In this document: positions 53,258-62,132 of the stretch, in pieces | Layout of the letters: the number at the start of each line of letters is the position of its first letter | Position numbering within the stretch: the first letter of the stretch is position 1 | Source: an uncultured Verrucomicrobiaceae bacterium | Lineage (GTDB): Bacteria > Verrucomicrobiota > Verrucomicrobiia > Verrucomicrobiales > Verrucomicrobiaceae | Length of the DNA stretch: 64,000 nt | Assembly (NCBI GenBank): GCA_942493005.1 | Contig: OW818661.1 | Coordinates: 2,791,060-2,855,059, forward strand | Reading direction: 5' to 3' | Program-made: the position numbers and the translations under genes | Notes under the pieces: model-generated | The model's input: only the letters and a program-made list of their open reading frames with translations | What the model was told of the DNA's origin: nothing | The model's database searches: none

Positions 53258-54469
53258 ATGCGTCATCGGCTGTTATCCCCCCGCGCCATTGCCATCACTT
53301 TCATCGCTCTAACGACGCCCTTGGGGCTTGGGCAGACGGGAGTCAGTCACACTGTTCCGCCCGTAGCTCTGACGCTGGATCCAAATGAAAAGATCGTTCA
53401 GGGAACGAGCTTGCTCTGGAGTCCTAGTGGGCAGGCGGCGTGGGATGCCATGCGAAAATACCATGGGGTTAAAAAACTGGAACTCACGCCACATCCGCAG
53501 ATCGCCACGGTGCTGAACAACTTCCAATGGGATGCGGCGAGTGTGCTGCCCGCCCATACCTTTATCTACGGGGGAGATGACTCCGAAGCACGGCGTGAAG
53601 AGATTCGCCAGAAACTGCGGCACGTGGCGGGGGCGCAAGCGGCGGCGATGATCGGTCCTTACCTGCCACCCGGCCCGGTAGGGCCCCTGTTAGACCGTAT
53701 CAAGTCTGCGCTGTTTGTGAGCTGCATTTCCCACGCACCCAAATTCCCCAGCAGCTTCATTGGGGATACCGAGAAGCAGTTTTTCACGAGTTCCCAAGGA
53801 ACCAAACTATTGACCTGGGGCTTTGGCGTCGATGGCGCGCAAGCGGCCATGATGGGGAGTGCCTTTGTGGTGCAGGCAGATGATCTGGAAGGCTCCTTTG
53901 TGCTCAGATTGCCCTTTATGAAAACGGATCGAGAACTGCCAGATGCTCTCATCCTAGCGCAAAAGCCGGGGATGAAGAGCTTGGCGGAGGGCATTGAATG
54001 GATGCGCCAGTCGCTCAAAAAGCCCGTGGATGAAATCCGCGTGGTGGAGCATCAAGGAAAGCACTGGAGTTACATCTCTGAACTGACCTCCGAGGACCGA
54101 TTTTGGATGCCTAAACTCAAAGCCACCGTTGCCTGTGATTATGGAGATCTCATCGAAAAGACCTATCTTCACGATCCTAACACCCTCACTTTCTGGAAGA
54201 TCCGCGAGGCCCAGCAGATGCTGAACTTCAGGCTCGATGAAACGGGGGCCATGACCCAGGCGGTCTTTAAAGTAACGGCAGATTTCCTGAGTTTGGGTGG
54301 AGCGGGGTCAGGAGGGCTGCCTGCGGGTATGAAGATGGAAGACCTGCCCGTGTGGCCGAAGAAATTTATCCTCAATGGGCCATTCCTAGCCGCCCTGTGG
54401 CGCAAGGATGCGGAGTGGCCTTACCTGGTGTGCTGGGTGGACAGCGGAGAGGTGATGGCAACGAAGTAG
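53258..54469 (+). CDS. divergent serpin-like protein (tentative)
   Basis: Signal peptide. WMPKLKATVACDYGDL (like the serpin LPKFK strand). Hinge-like LDETGAMTQAVFKV. Near-signature KFILNGPFLAALW (cf. F-x-a-D-R-P-F-l-F). Confidence 0.5.
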   Translation: MRHRLLSPRAIAITFIALTTPLGLGQTGVSHTVPPVALTLDPNEKIVQGTSLLWSPSGQAAWDAMRKYHGVKKLELTPHPQIATVLNNFQWDAASVLPAHTFIYGGDDSEARREEIRQKLRHVAGAQAAAMIGPYLPPGPVGPLLDRIKSALFVSCISHAPKFPSSFIGDTEKQFFTSSQGTKLLTWGFGVDGAQAAMMGSAFVVQADDLEGSFVLRLPFMKTDRELPDALILAQKPGMKSLAEGIEWMRQSLKKPVDEIRVVEHQGKHWSYISELTSEDRFWMPKLKATVACDYGDLIEKTYLHDPNTLTFWKIREAQQMLNFRLDETGAMTQAVFKVTADFLSLGGAGSGGLPAGMKMEDLPVWPKKFILNGPFLAALWRKDAEWPYLVCWVDSGEVMATK

Positions 54470-54567
54470 CTCGGAGACTGAGATGCATCAAAGTCTTGCC
54501 TTTCGCGGGTGCCAGAGGATGGAATACTCAGCGCACTTTAACGACCAAAAAGCACAAAAGAACCTTT

Positions 54568-54687
54568 ATGATCGAAGGCTGGCATAACGACGACTATCTC
54601 GTTCTTTTTGATGTTCCTAGCGAGGCTCAACACATGAACTGCATCTATGGAATTCGTGAGTATCTGCCCGCTTTCACTCTCGTATGA
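54568..54687 (+). pseudogene. possible remnant of an SMI1/KNR4-type immunity gene
   Basis: 39-codon ORF MIEGWHNDDYLVLFDVPSEAQHMNCIYGIREYLPAFTLV. It resembles the W-x-x-D-Y-L-I-L-F ... Y-L-P-G-Y start of small SUKH-type proteins and ends abruptly. The next 227 nt have stops in all forward frames. Confidence 0.3.
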
Positions 54688-54914
54688 AGGCATTGACGGG
54701 TAGGGGAAGGCAAATTCTCCCATCTCACGATATTCACGGCAGGTCAGAGGCCCTATCGAATGTAGAATCCCAGCAGGCTTGAGACCGTCGTTTGGGCGAT
54801 GGCAAAGTTTCGCTTTGCGTCGCCCCTCATTCAGCCCACTTTTTCTCCAACCTCCGGTCGTCACGGCAACACCCTCGATAAGCTTACCCAAGATTCAAAG
54901 TTCTGAACTACCCT

Positions 54915-55349
54915 ATGACGCCGGAACAGCAACACCACATTGAAAAGGCCCATCTAGCATTGCCCCTAGATTGTCGGCATGCAGCAGCCAGCGAAGAAGA
55001 AATCCAGGCATTTGAGAAGCAATGGGGTCCCATTCCTTTGGATTATCGATGGTACCTTCTCACTTGTGGCGGAGGAGTCATCGGGTGTGAGTGGATTGAC
55101 GGAATCAAGCAACTACCTGAAACCCATCTTAAGTTCTCCACAGAGAAGGCTGCAGGTTATTTCTCTTTGCAAGACTTCTTCCCCATCGGCTGGGATGGTG
55201 CCGGCAATCCTTATGGATTTGATCTCAAATCCGGCACCATGATTGCCGAAGATCATCAAGGCTCTGGCATCTTCCATGAGGCAAACAATTTCTTCGACCT
55301 CTTGTGCGTTAAAGGACTTATTGAACCGGACGCAGACGAGCTCAAATGA
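54915..55349 (+). CDS. SMI1/KNR4 (SUKH-1) family immunity-type protein
   Basis: EEEIQAFEKQWGPIPLDYRWYLLTCGGG and FFPIGWDGAGNPYGFDL, as in SMI1_KNR4. 144 aa. Local GC is about 50%. Confidence 0.78.
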   Translation: MTPEQQHHIEKAHLALPLDCRHAAASEEEIQAFEKQWGPIPLDYRWYLLTCGGGVIGCEWIDGIKQLPETHLKFSTEKAAGYFSLQDFFPIGWDGAGNPYGFDLKSGTMIAEDHQGSGIFHEANNFFDLLCVKGLIEPDADELK

Positions 55350-55391
55350 TGCTGCCGTGTGCAAATTTGGAGCTTTGGCCTGTCTTCCGAA

Positions 55392-56156
55392 TCAAAAATC
55401 CGTGTCTGGAGTCGTGAGGTCGAGTTCCTTGATCCAGGCGTTGCGGTAGCGGACGTCGTGGCCTTCGCACTGGAGCTTTAAACCTTGGGGGGTATCGGTG
55501 ATGCCTTTGCCGCCGTCGTTGCCGCCATCCACACCGGAGTTGGGGCCGCCCCAGACTTGTTGGATCTCGACGTTGGTGTGTACTTTCTGGCCGTTGAAGT
55601 ACATGGAGACACGTGGTTTTTCGACCATAACGCCGTCTTTGAACCGGGCGGCACGGAAGGTGATGTCGTAGGCGTTCCATTTGCCGAGGCCCGCGAAGGC
55701 GTGATAAGGCGAGTCGGTCTCATTGATCACGGCGCCCATGCCGTGCTTGGTGCGGTCACCTTCCTGGATCTGGATTTCGTAGCGGTTTTGCAGATAGACG
55801 CCGCTGTTGCCGCGCGGATTCATGACGAGGAACTCGATGTGCAGACGGAAGTCGCGATAGGCCTTGTTCGTGACGATGTCTGCTGCGCCGTATTTGCCAC
55901 CATCGGCCGCGCGGTCGTCCGTCATGATGCAGGTACCGCCATTGATGGGATCTTCGACGACCTTCCACTTGATGGGCAGGGCGGAGGCAAAACGGGGGCC
56001 TTTCCAGTAGGTCCATTTGCTGTCCAAAGTTTCGCGGGTGCCGTCGAGGATGACCTCGGCCCCTTCGATGGGTTTGGCCCCGAGGCCGATGGGCTTGTCT
56101 TCAGCATGGAGGGCTGTGACGAGGAGGAGACAGGCTGAGAAGGTGCTTTTGAACAT
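55392..56156 (-). CDS. DUF1080 (3-keto-disaccharide hydrolase-like) secreted protein
   Basis: Signal peptide. FRLHIEFLV..NSGVYLQNRYEIQI and WNAYDITF motifs. ATG at 56156. Confidence 0.85.
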   Translation of the reverse strand: MFKSTFSACLLLVTALHAEDKPIGLGAKPIEGAEVILDGTRETLDSKWTYWKGPRFASALPIKWKVVEDPINGGTCIMTDDRAADGGKYGAADIVTNKAYRDFRLHIEFLVMNPRGNSGVYLQNRYEIQIQEGDRTKHGMGAVINETDSPYHAFAGLGKWNAYDITFRAARFKDGVMVEKPRVSMYFNGQKVHTNVEIQQVWGGPNSGVDGGNDGGKGITDTPQGLKLQCEGHDVRYRNAWIKELDLTTPDTDF

Positions 56157-56202
56157 GGTTGTCTCTACCAACGCTGTTCAGAGGCCTGAAATTCAGGGGA
56201 AC

Positions 56203-56811
56203 TTAGGCGCAGCGAAAGCGCTCCTGAATGGCGCGGACAGCCCACACCGTGCTGAGCCCCACCAACACGCCCAAGGCCATGGAGGGAGGGATGTCGCTGG
56301 GCCAATGAGCCGCGACGTAAAGGCGGGAGTAGGCGACTAAAGCGGCGACGCCATACAGTACCATGCCCCAGCGGCGATGGAAAAGTGCGACCACGGTGGC
56401 GAGGGCGAACATGTTCACCGTGTGGCTGCTGGGGAAGGACTTGCCATGGGTTTCCTTGCGCGGCTTGCTGGGGTGTTGCTGAGGCGCTTTGAACAGCCGC
56501 AGGATGTCGGGTTTGCCAGGTGCGAGATCCCGCACGACGAGGCCTTCGATGGCATCGCGAGGGCGGACGCGTCCGATGGTTTTCTTCAGTGTGTTGGAGA
56601 CGATGCCGTCGCCGAAGCCAACGGCCAAAGCGATGCAGAGGAGCAGCCAGCGGCCCTTTTTACCCCCGCGCCAGAGAACCAGCAAGGCGACGATGACGAA
56701 GAGGGGAATCCACGCATTGATGGCGGAAACCGCAGGCATCAGCCAATCCAGCGCTGGGTGAGTCCAGTCGAGATTGATGCGCTTCAGAAGCTGGAGATCC
56801 CAGGCGAACAT
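56203..56811 (-). CDS. PAP2-family lipid phosphatase
   Basis: Motifs KKTIGRVRPRD, PSSHTV and AAHWPSD. The start ATG shares its A with the upstream TGA (TGATG at 56813-56809). Confidence 0.85.
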   Translation of the reverse strand: MFAWDLQLLKRINLDWTHPALDWLMPAVSAINAWIPLFVIVALLVLWRGGKKGRWLLLCIALAVGFGDGIVSNTLKKTIGRVRPRDAIEGLVVRDLAPGKPDILRLFKAPQQHPSKPRKETHGKSFPSSHTVNMFALATVVALFHRRWGMVLYGVAALVAYSRLYVAAHWPSDIPPSMALGVLVGLSTVWAVRAIQERFRCA

Positions 56812-58385
56812 CAGGGGGCAGGAGTGGCTGGAAAGGGAGCTTTGCCGGGCTTCACCCACTTGTGAAGCTTATGACCGAGGAAGACATCGAGGATGCGAGG
56901 ATCGCTCTTGCCAAAGGAAACATTTACTTGGCCAAGAAACTCCACTTTCTCAAAGCAGGTGGAGATGGCGGGGAAGACATTGCCGGGCGTTTCGCGGCCA
57001 TTTTGGAAAATGAGCGCATCGTCTCCCAGGCGTTCCTCGGGTCCGGGCCAAACTTCGTATTGTGAAAGCACCTGACCAGAGCGCTCCCAGCGATACACGC
57101 GCGGGTGCTGAGGCATGGTAAAGGCAAGTTGGGCGGCATCGGTCCGCAGATTGCTGGTGAGAACGAAGGTGTTTTGGGGACGTGGCACACGATCTAGGAA
57201 AGCTCCCGCCTGACGGCCCGTTTCCGTCCAGCCGCACATCTCGTGGAACTTTTTCAGCTTCTTGTGCCCTTTCAGATCGGTGAGGAGGACCACGCCGACA
57301 GCGAGGTGGGCAAGGACAAAAAAGGCGATGCCAAGACGCAGGGGCCAAGTCTTCCAAAAAGGGTGCGCTGTGAAGGGCAGCTTCCCGGTCACCCACGCAG
57401 CCAGAAGAATGAAGGCGGGCACGTAGAAGACGGCAGGCCAGTTGGGGTTGATCTCCTGTCGCAGGGATAGGCCCAAGATGGCCAGTAGGGCCGGCACAGA
57501 GCAGAGCAGGAGGTAATGCGAGCGGCGATCCAGCGAACGGTAAGATTTGACCGCGAGGAATAGGACCGTCATCAGGCCCGCGAAGGTGAAGGGAGAATAG
57601 ACGAGCGTTTGTAGGGCGGGATATTGGATGGTGCGCCCTAGCCAGCCGATGAAGTCGAGTTTATCCCCCTGAAAGTGGTGCTTGGTATGCTCCAGAGTGA
57701 TCCAGTCATGCTGGGTATTCCACCACAGCACGGGGGTAATAAAACCGGTGCCGATGATGACGGTGAGCCAGAGGCGCGGGTTCCGCAAAAGGGAGCGATC
57801 CTGCTTCGACACGACGGCAAAGACGACCATGAGCAAAGGAAAAACGAGCATCATCTGCTTGCTCAAGGTGCCCAGGCCAATGGTCAGTGTGAGGGCCGCC
57901 CAGCGCCAGAGACAAGCCGGTTTTTCCATGGCCAACCAGAAGAGCAGAAGGGCCAGCGACCAAAAAAACAGCAGCGGTGCATCAATGGTGAAGAAGAGAT
58001 TGAGCCCGATGTTCCCGGGAGTGAAGAGGATGAGGAGCGCGGCGAGGAACGCGGTAGCGGCACCAAAAAGGCGGCGGCTGAGCGTGAAAAGGGTGGCCAG
58101 AGTGGCCGTGCCGAAAAGCAGCGGTGCCAGGCGGATGCCCCATTCCGCATCGCCTGTGAGGCGACCGATGAGGCCCATGAGCCAGCCGATCATCGGCGGC
58201 TTGCTAAAATAACCCCAGTCTAGGCGGCGGCCCCAGTCCCAGTAGTAGGCTTCATCGCCAGCTAGGTCGGCCTGAGAAGTGAAAAACAGCATGAAACCCA
58301 GGCGAAACACCAAAACGCCCGTCAGCAGCCAGGCAAAACGGCGGGTCCAGAGAGCGTCGGGGGAAGAGTCGGTCAAAGAGGTCAA
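56811..58385 (-). CDS. GT39/ArnT-like glycosyltransferase (undecaprenyl-phosphate sugar to lipid/protein)
   Basis: DEAYYWDWGRRLDWGYFSKPPMIGW N-terminal loop motif. About 11 TM segments plus a C-terminal soluble domain. TTG start. Confidence 0.82.
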   Translation of the reverse strand: MTSLTDSSPDALWTRRFAWLLTGVLVFRLGFMLFFTSQADLAGDEAYYWDWGRRLDWGYFSKPPMIGWLMGLIGRLTGDAEWGIRLAPLLFGTATLATLFTLSRRLFGAATAFLAALLILFTPGNIGLNLFFTIDAPLLFFWSLALLLFWLAMEKPACLWRWAALTLTIGLGTLSKQMMLVFPLLMVVFAVVSKQDRSLLRNPRLWLTVIIGTGFITPVLWWNTQHDWITLEHTKHHFQGDKLDFIGWLGRTIQYPALQTLVYSPFTFAGLMTVLFLAVKSYRSLDRRSHYLLLCSVPALLAILGLSLRQEINPNWPAVFYVPAFILLAAWVTGKLPFTAHPFWKTWPLRLGIAFFVLAHLAVGVVLLTDLKGHKKLKKFHEMCGWTETGRQAGAFLDRVPRPQNTFVLTSNLRTDAAQLAFTMPQHPRVYRWERSGQVLSQYEVWPGPEERLGDDALIFQNGRETPGNVFPAISTCFEKVEFLGQVNVSFGKSDPRILDVFLGHKLHKWVKPGKAPFPATPAP

Positions 58386-58499
58386 GAGGGTAGGCTAGGC
58401 GGGGATTGGGCGCTGGCAAGATGTGGCATGTTTCGTTGCCGATGAATTTCCATGCAAAAGTGCAACGTTGGCCCTACCTGTGCGGTCAGAATCCACATC

Positions 58500-59054
58500 A
58501 TGCCGACCACCCCCGACGCGCCGCCCCTCACCGGGAATCTGCTGCTGGCTGTGCCCTCCATGCAGGACCCCAATTTTAAACGCACGGTCATTTTTGTGGC
58601 CGCGCACAACCAAGAAGACGGGGCCTTTGGCTACGTGCTGAATCGTCCGCTGGACCAACGGGTCGCCGACCTGCTGCCCGACCAAAACCTAGGTGCACTC
58701 GGCCAAGTGCCTGTGTACATCGGCGGCCCAGTGGCCACAGACAAGTTGGCCTTTGCCTCTCTGCAGTGGAACCGGAAAAAGAGTATCCTCCGCTGCCAGA
58801 CGCATCTTTCTGTGGCAGATGCCATCCACGAACTGAGTATGGGGCATGAGGTGCGTGGGTTTGTCGGTTACTCCGGCTGGTCGAGCGGCCAGATCGAGGG
58901 TGAAATCGAACGCAAATCTTGGATTATCTCCCCGGCGAAAAAAGTCATCCTCACCGTGGATCAACCCTCTGCCATGTGGGGAGCTGTGCTGGATGAAATG
59001 GGCCCTATTTATCAACTCATGGCCAACACGCCGGAACGAGTGGATCTGAATTGA
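58500..59054 (+). CDS. YqgE/AlgH-family (UPF0301) protein
   Basis: GNLLLAVPSMQDPNFKRTVIFVAAHNQEDGAFGYVLNRP and VYIGGPV motifs. ATG at 58500. Confidence 0.85.
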   Translation: MPTTPDAPPLTGNLLLAVPSMQDPNFKRTVIFVAAHNQEDGAFGYVLNRPLDQRVADLLPDQNLGALGQVPVYIGGPVATDKLAFASLQWNRKKSILRCQTHLSVADAIHELSMGHEVRGFVGYSGWSSGQIEGEIERKSWIISPAKKVILTVDQPSAMWGAVLDEMGPIYQLMANTPERVDLN

Positions 59055-59062
59055 AGTCTCTA

Positions 59063-59090
59063 GTGATGCGGGCAGGAGTGCCCGCATCAC
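59063..59090. repeat. REP-like palindromic element (copy 1)
   Basis: gtgatgcgggca-ggag-tgcccgcatcac: perfect 12-bp arms with a 4-nt loop, followed by ttattttt. It may also terminate the upstream gene. Confidence 0.75.
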
Positions 59091-59105
59091 TTATTTTTCG
59101 CCTGA

Positions 59106-59753
59106 ATGAAGAGCATTACGCGAGCGGACTTCACGCCTTTTGACTGGGAGGCCGTCATGATTCCCCGACGCAGAAGGCTCCCACATGTCACTTTACCGGG
59201 AGCCATTTATTTTGTGACATTTCGACTGGGCGATGCCGTGCCATTGGAAGTGGCGCAGCAGTGGAAACAGGCACGAGTGACATGGCTAGAACAAAATCCG
59301 CCACCGTGGTCCGAAAAGACCGAAAAGGAATATCACCGCCGTTTCACGATGCGGATGGAACAGTATCTGGACGCTGGGTATGGGGCCTGCGATTTACGCA
59401 CGGAAAACCTACGCGAAGAGGTGCTGGCGAGCTTGCTTCACGACGATGGTCATCACTACGATCTCGGCGATGTAGTAATCATGCCTAACCATGTGCATAT
59501 TTTATTAAAACCGCTTTCGCCAACACCAGTCTCCAAGTTGATCGGTCCCGCCAAAGGTGCGAGTGCGAGGAGGATCAACCAGATGACTGGCAGGTCTGGG
59601 ATGCTATGGATGGACGAGTCTTTCGACCACATTGTGCGAAGCTTGGAGTCACTGAAGAAATTCTAGCGCTATGTGGCAGATAATCCCACCAAAGCAGGTC
59701 TGCCGGAAGGAACTTATTTCTATGAACAAAGATGGGAGATTCGAGACGAGTGA
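59106..59753 (+). pseudogene. REP-associated tyrosine transposase (RAYT, IS200/Y1-like) interrupted by an in-frame TAG
   Basis: IYFVTFRL and the HUH motif IMPNHVHILLKP. The ORF stops at TAG 59664-59666. The same frame continues RYVADNPTKAGLPEG.. to TGA 59751-59753, which is the conserved Y-x-x-x-N-P tail. Confidence 0.72.
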
Positions 59754-59785
59754 GGTTCACTTTTCCTGGCACCAGATTCTGGAAA

Positions 59786-59882
59786 GTGATGCGGGCACTC
59801 CTGCCTGCAATGCTTTGACGATGCTCCTTTCCCAAAGGACCTCTCTCGGCCTTCGTTTTGCAGGCAGGAGTGCCCGCATCAC
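59786..59882. repeat. inverted REP doublet (REPIN-like)
   Basis: gtgatgcgggcactcctgcctgc (59786-59808) is the exact reverse complement of gcaggcaggagtgcccgcatcac (59860-59882), with a 51-nt spacer. The 59860-59882 copy differs from copy 1 at 1 of 23 nt. Confidence 0.75.
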
Positions 59883-59894
59883 GACTCTGTGAAC

Positions 59895-62132
59895 CTAACG
59901 TTCTTTAACGAAGAGTAGTCTCAGGCTATTCAGACATACAACGACGGTGCTGCCCTCATGCGTCAGTACGCCCAGAGTCAAAGGCACCAGACCAAACAAG
60001 GAAGCCACAGCCATGATGATGACGGAACCCAGGGAGATGGCCAAATTTTGCCGGATGATGCGGCGGGCCTGCTGGCTGATGTGGCGGGCTGAAAGAAGTT
60101 TTTCAATCTTGTCCTGCATCAATACCACATCCGCCTGCTCCAAGGCGGCATCGCTGCCACGTGCGCCCATGGCGATGCTGACATAGGCTGCGGCGAGGCT
60201 GGGGGCATCGTTCACGCCATCGCCCACCATGGCCACCTTTTTCCCTTCCAGGGTCAACTCGCGGATGGCTTTCACTTTATCTTCGGGGTGAAGCCCAGCG
60301 CGTACATCCGCCACGCCCAGTTCCTCAGCCACCTGCACCGCAGCAGCCCGGCGATCTCCAGTGAGCATGATGGTGCGTACGTTTTCAGCAGCTAAGGCAG
60401 CGAGCACGGCTTTGCTACCGCTGCGAATTTCATCTTTCAGCAGCACCCGGCCCATGGTCTGGGCATTCAGCACCCAAACTTCGGAAAAGCCCAGAGGGGC
60501 ATCCGGCACATCCTTTAACCAGCGGGCAAAGTCGCCCTGATTCATCAGCTCACGCCGCCCTACATAGGTGACGCCATCTTTGGTTAGGCCACGCAGGCCC
60601 TGGCCGGGGATGGACTGAAACTCCAGTAACTCACCGGGTTCGATCCCCTGCTCTTTGGCATGGCGTGTGATGGCGTGGGCAATGGGATGATTCGAATTGG
60701 CATCCAGCGTCACGCACAGACGCAGCACCTCAGTTTCACGCCCTGGGGGAAAACTTTCCACCAGTGCCACCTTCAAATTGCCTTCCGTCAGTGTGCCGGT
60801 TTTATCCATGGCAATCACATCCACCTCGGCCAGTTTTTCGATGGCGGCACCGCCACGAAAAAGAATGCCACGCCGGGCCCCCCAAGCAATGGCCGCCAGG
60901 ATGGCGGAGGGAATGGAGAGCACCAGGGCGCAGGGGCTCATGACCACCAGGAGCGTCATCGCGCGGTAAAAGGCTGACTTTGAAACCTCCGTATTCTCAA
61001 AAGGGAGGATGCCTAGAGCGAGCCACCAGACGAAAAACATGGTCGCAACAGTCGCGAGCGTCAGCAGCGTGTAGTTGGTGCCAAAACGATCCGTGAAACG
61101 CTGGCTCGGAGCCCGCAGATGCTGGGCGGTCTGGATCATGGTGATGATCTTCGCCAACGCACTCTGGGTGGCGAGACGGTCCACCCGCATTTGCACAAGA
61201 CCCCAGAGATTCAGCGTACCGCCAAAGACTTCAGCCCCGATACCTTTGTCAATCGGCACGGCCTCTCCAGTCAGGGTTGATTCATCGGCAGCAGACTCTC
61301 CTAAAGTGATGGTGCCATCCACTGGGAAAAGCTCTGCCGGACGCACTTGCAGGACATCGCCGATACGCAGAGCTGAAACGGCACGTTCTTCGGTTTTGCC
61401 ATCTGGCTGCATCACACGAGCATGCTTGGGAGCTGCCTTGGTCAAGGCATTGATCTCGCGATGGGTACGGTGCAGAACGTAATGCTCTAATGCACCGGAG
61501 GTGGAGAAAAGAAACAGGAGCAAAGCCCCTTCCTCCCAGGCACCGATGGCAACGGTACCCGCCGCCACAGCCAGCATGAGGAAGTGTACGTCCAGGCGCT
61601 TTTCCTTGAGGTTTTCCCACGCATCCTTGGCCGCATCCCAGCCCCCGCTGACAAGAGCGATGCCGAACAAACTTTGCACCAACCACGCTGGCGAAGAAAA
61701 AACCTTTTCGGCCAGTAAGCCACTCATGAGCGCCACTCCGCAAATGGCAGCCTGAACGGCCATTTCCTTCCATTCCTCCGCGCTTTGACGCTCGATCTCC
61801 TCGGCCTCAGGCCATTCAAAATCACGCCATTTCCAAAAACGTGGGGCCGTGATGCAGCTCGGTTTTTGCAGGGTGAGCTCACCTTCTTTACGGGTCAGTG
61901 TGAGGCCACTCACCGTTGCGTTGGAGGTCACGGCTAGCATTTCCGCGTCCAGGGCCCGCAGCACTTCGTTGAGCTGTGCCTGGAGTAATGTGATATCCAC
62001 CTGCCCCAGTGTCGCTATTTGAACACTGCGCTCTTCAGGGTTCAGACGAATAGCCTCCACGCCTTGCTGCTCCAGAAGAAAATCGGCTAAAGCATCGGTC
62101 CATCGGGAGTCTTGCGCGGTCAAATCAGCCAT
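59895..62132 (-). CDS. heavy-metal P1B-type ATPase, P1B-4-like (SPC / HEGST signature)
   Basis: DKTGTLTEG, MLTGD and VGDGVNDAPSL. TM motif VVMSPCALV and LTHEGSTVVV. The N-terminal domain lacks CxxC. Confidence 0.9.
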   Translation of the reverse strand: MADLTAQDSRWTDALADFLLEQQGVEAIRLNPEERSVQIATLGQVDITLLQAQLNEVLRALDAEMLAVTSNATVSGLTLTRKEGELTLQKPSCITAPRFWKWRDFEWPEAEEIERQSAEEWKEMAVQAAICGVALMSGLLAEKVFSSPAWLVQSLFGIALVSGGWDAAKDAWENLKEKRLDVHFLMLAVAAGTVAIGAWEEGALLLFLFSTSGALEHYVLHRTHREINALTKAAPKHARVMQPDGKTEERAVSALRIGDVLQVRPAELFPVDGTITLGESAADESTLTGEAVPIDKGIGAEVFGGTLNLWGLVQMRVDRLATQSALAKIITMIQTAQHLRAPSQRFTDRFGTNYTLLTLATVATMFFVWWLALGILPFENTEVSKSAFYRAMTLLVVMSPCALVLSIPSAILAAIAWGARRGILFRGGAAIEKLAEVDVIAMDKTGTLTEGNLKVALVESFPPGRETEVLRLCVTLDANSNHPIAHAITRHAKEQGIEPGELLEFQSIPGQGLRGLTKDGVTYVGRRELMNQGDFARWLKDVPDAPLGFSEVWVLNAQTMGRVLLKDEIRSGSKAVLAALAAENVRTIMLTGDRRAAAVQVAEELGVADVRAGLHPEDKVKAIRELTLEGKKVAMVGDGVNDAPSLAAAYVSIAMGARGSDAALEQADVVLMQDKIEKLLSARHISQQARRIIRQNLAISLGSVIIMAVASLFGLVPLTLGVLTHEGSTVVVCLNSLRLLFVKER

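Noticed and set aside
54538-54891. 117-aa minus-strand ORF in the gap between the serpin-like gene and the SMI1 gene.
   Set aside because: It has no motif or signal and overlaps the more interpretable + strand immunity-like fragment. It lies in a region that looks like decayed sequence.
59575-59892. ORFs 59575..59835 (-) and 59671..59892 (+).
   Set aside because: They run through the RAYT 3' segment and the REP doublet. The RAYT frame explains the region better.
59895-62132. Considered the P-type ATPase as the cbb3 copper-insertion pump CcoI/CopA2.
   Set aside because: It has SPC/HEGST rather than CPC/Cu-type motifs. It lies 17 kb away on the opposite strand, with unrelated genes between.
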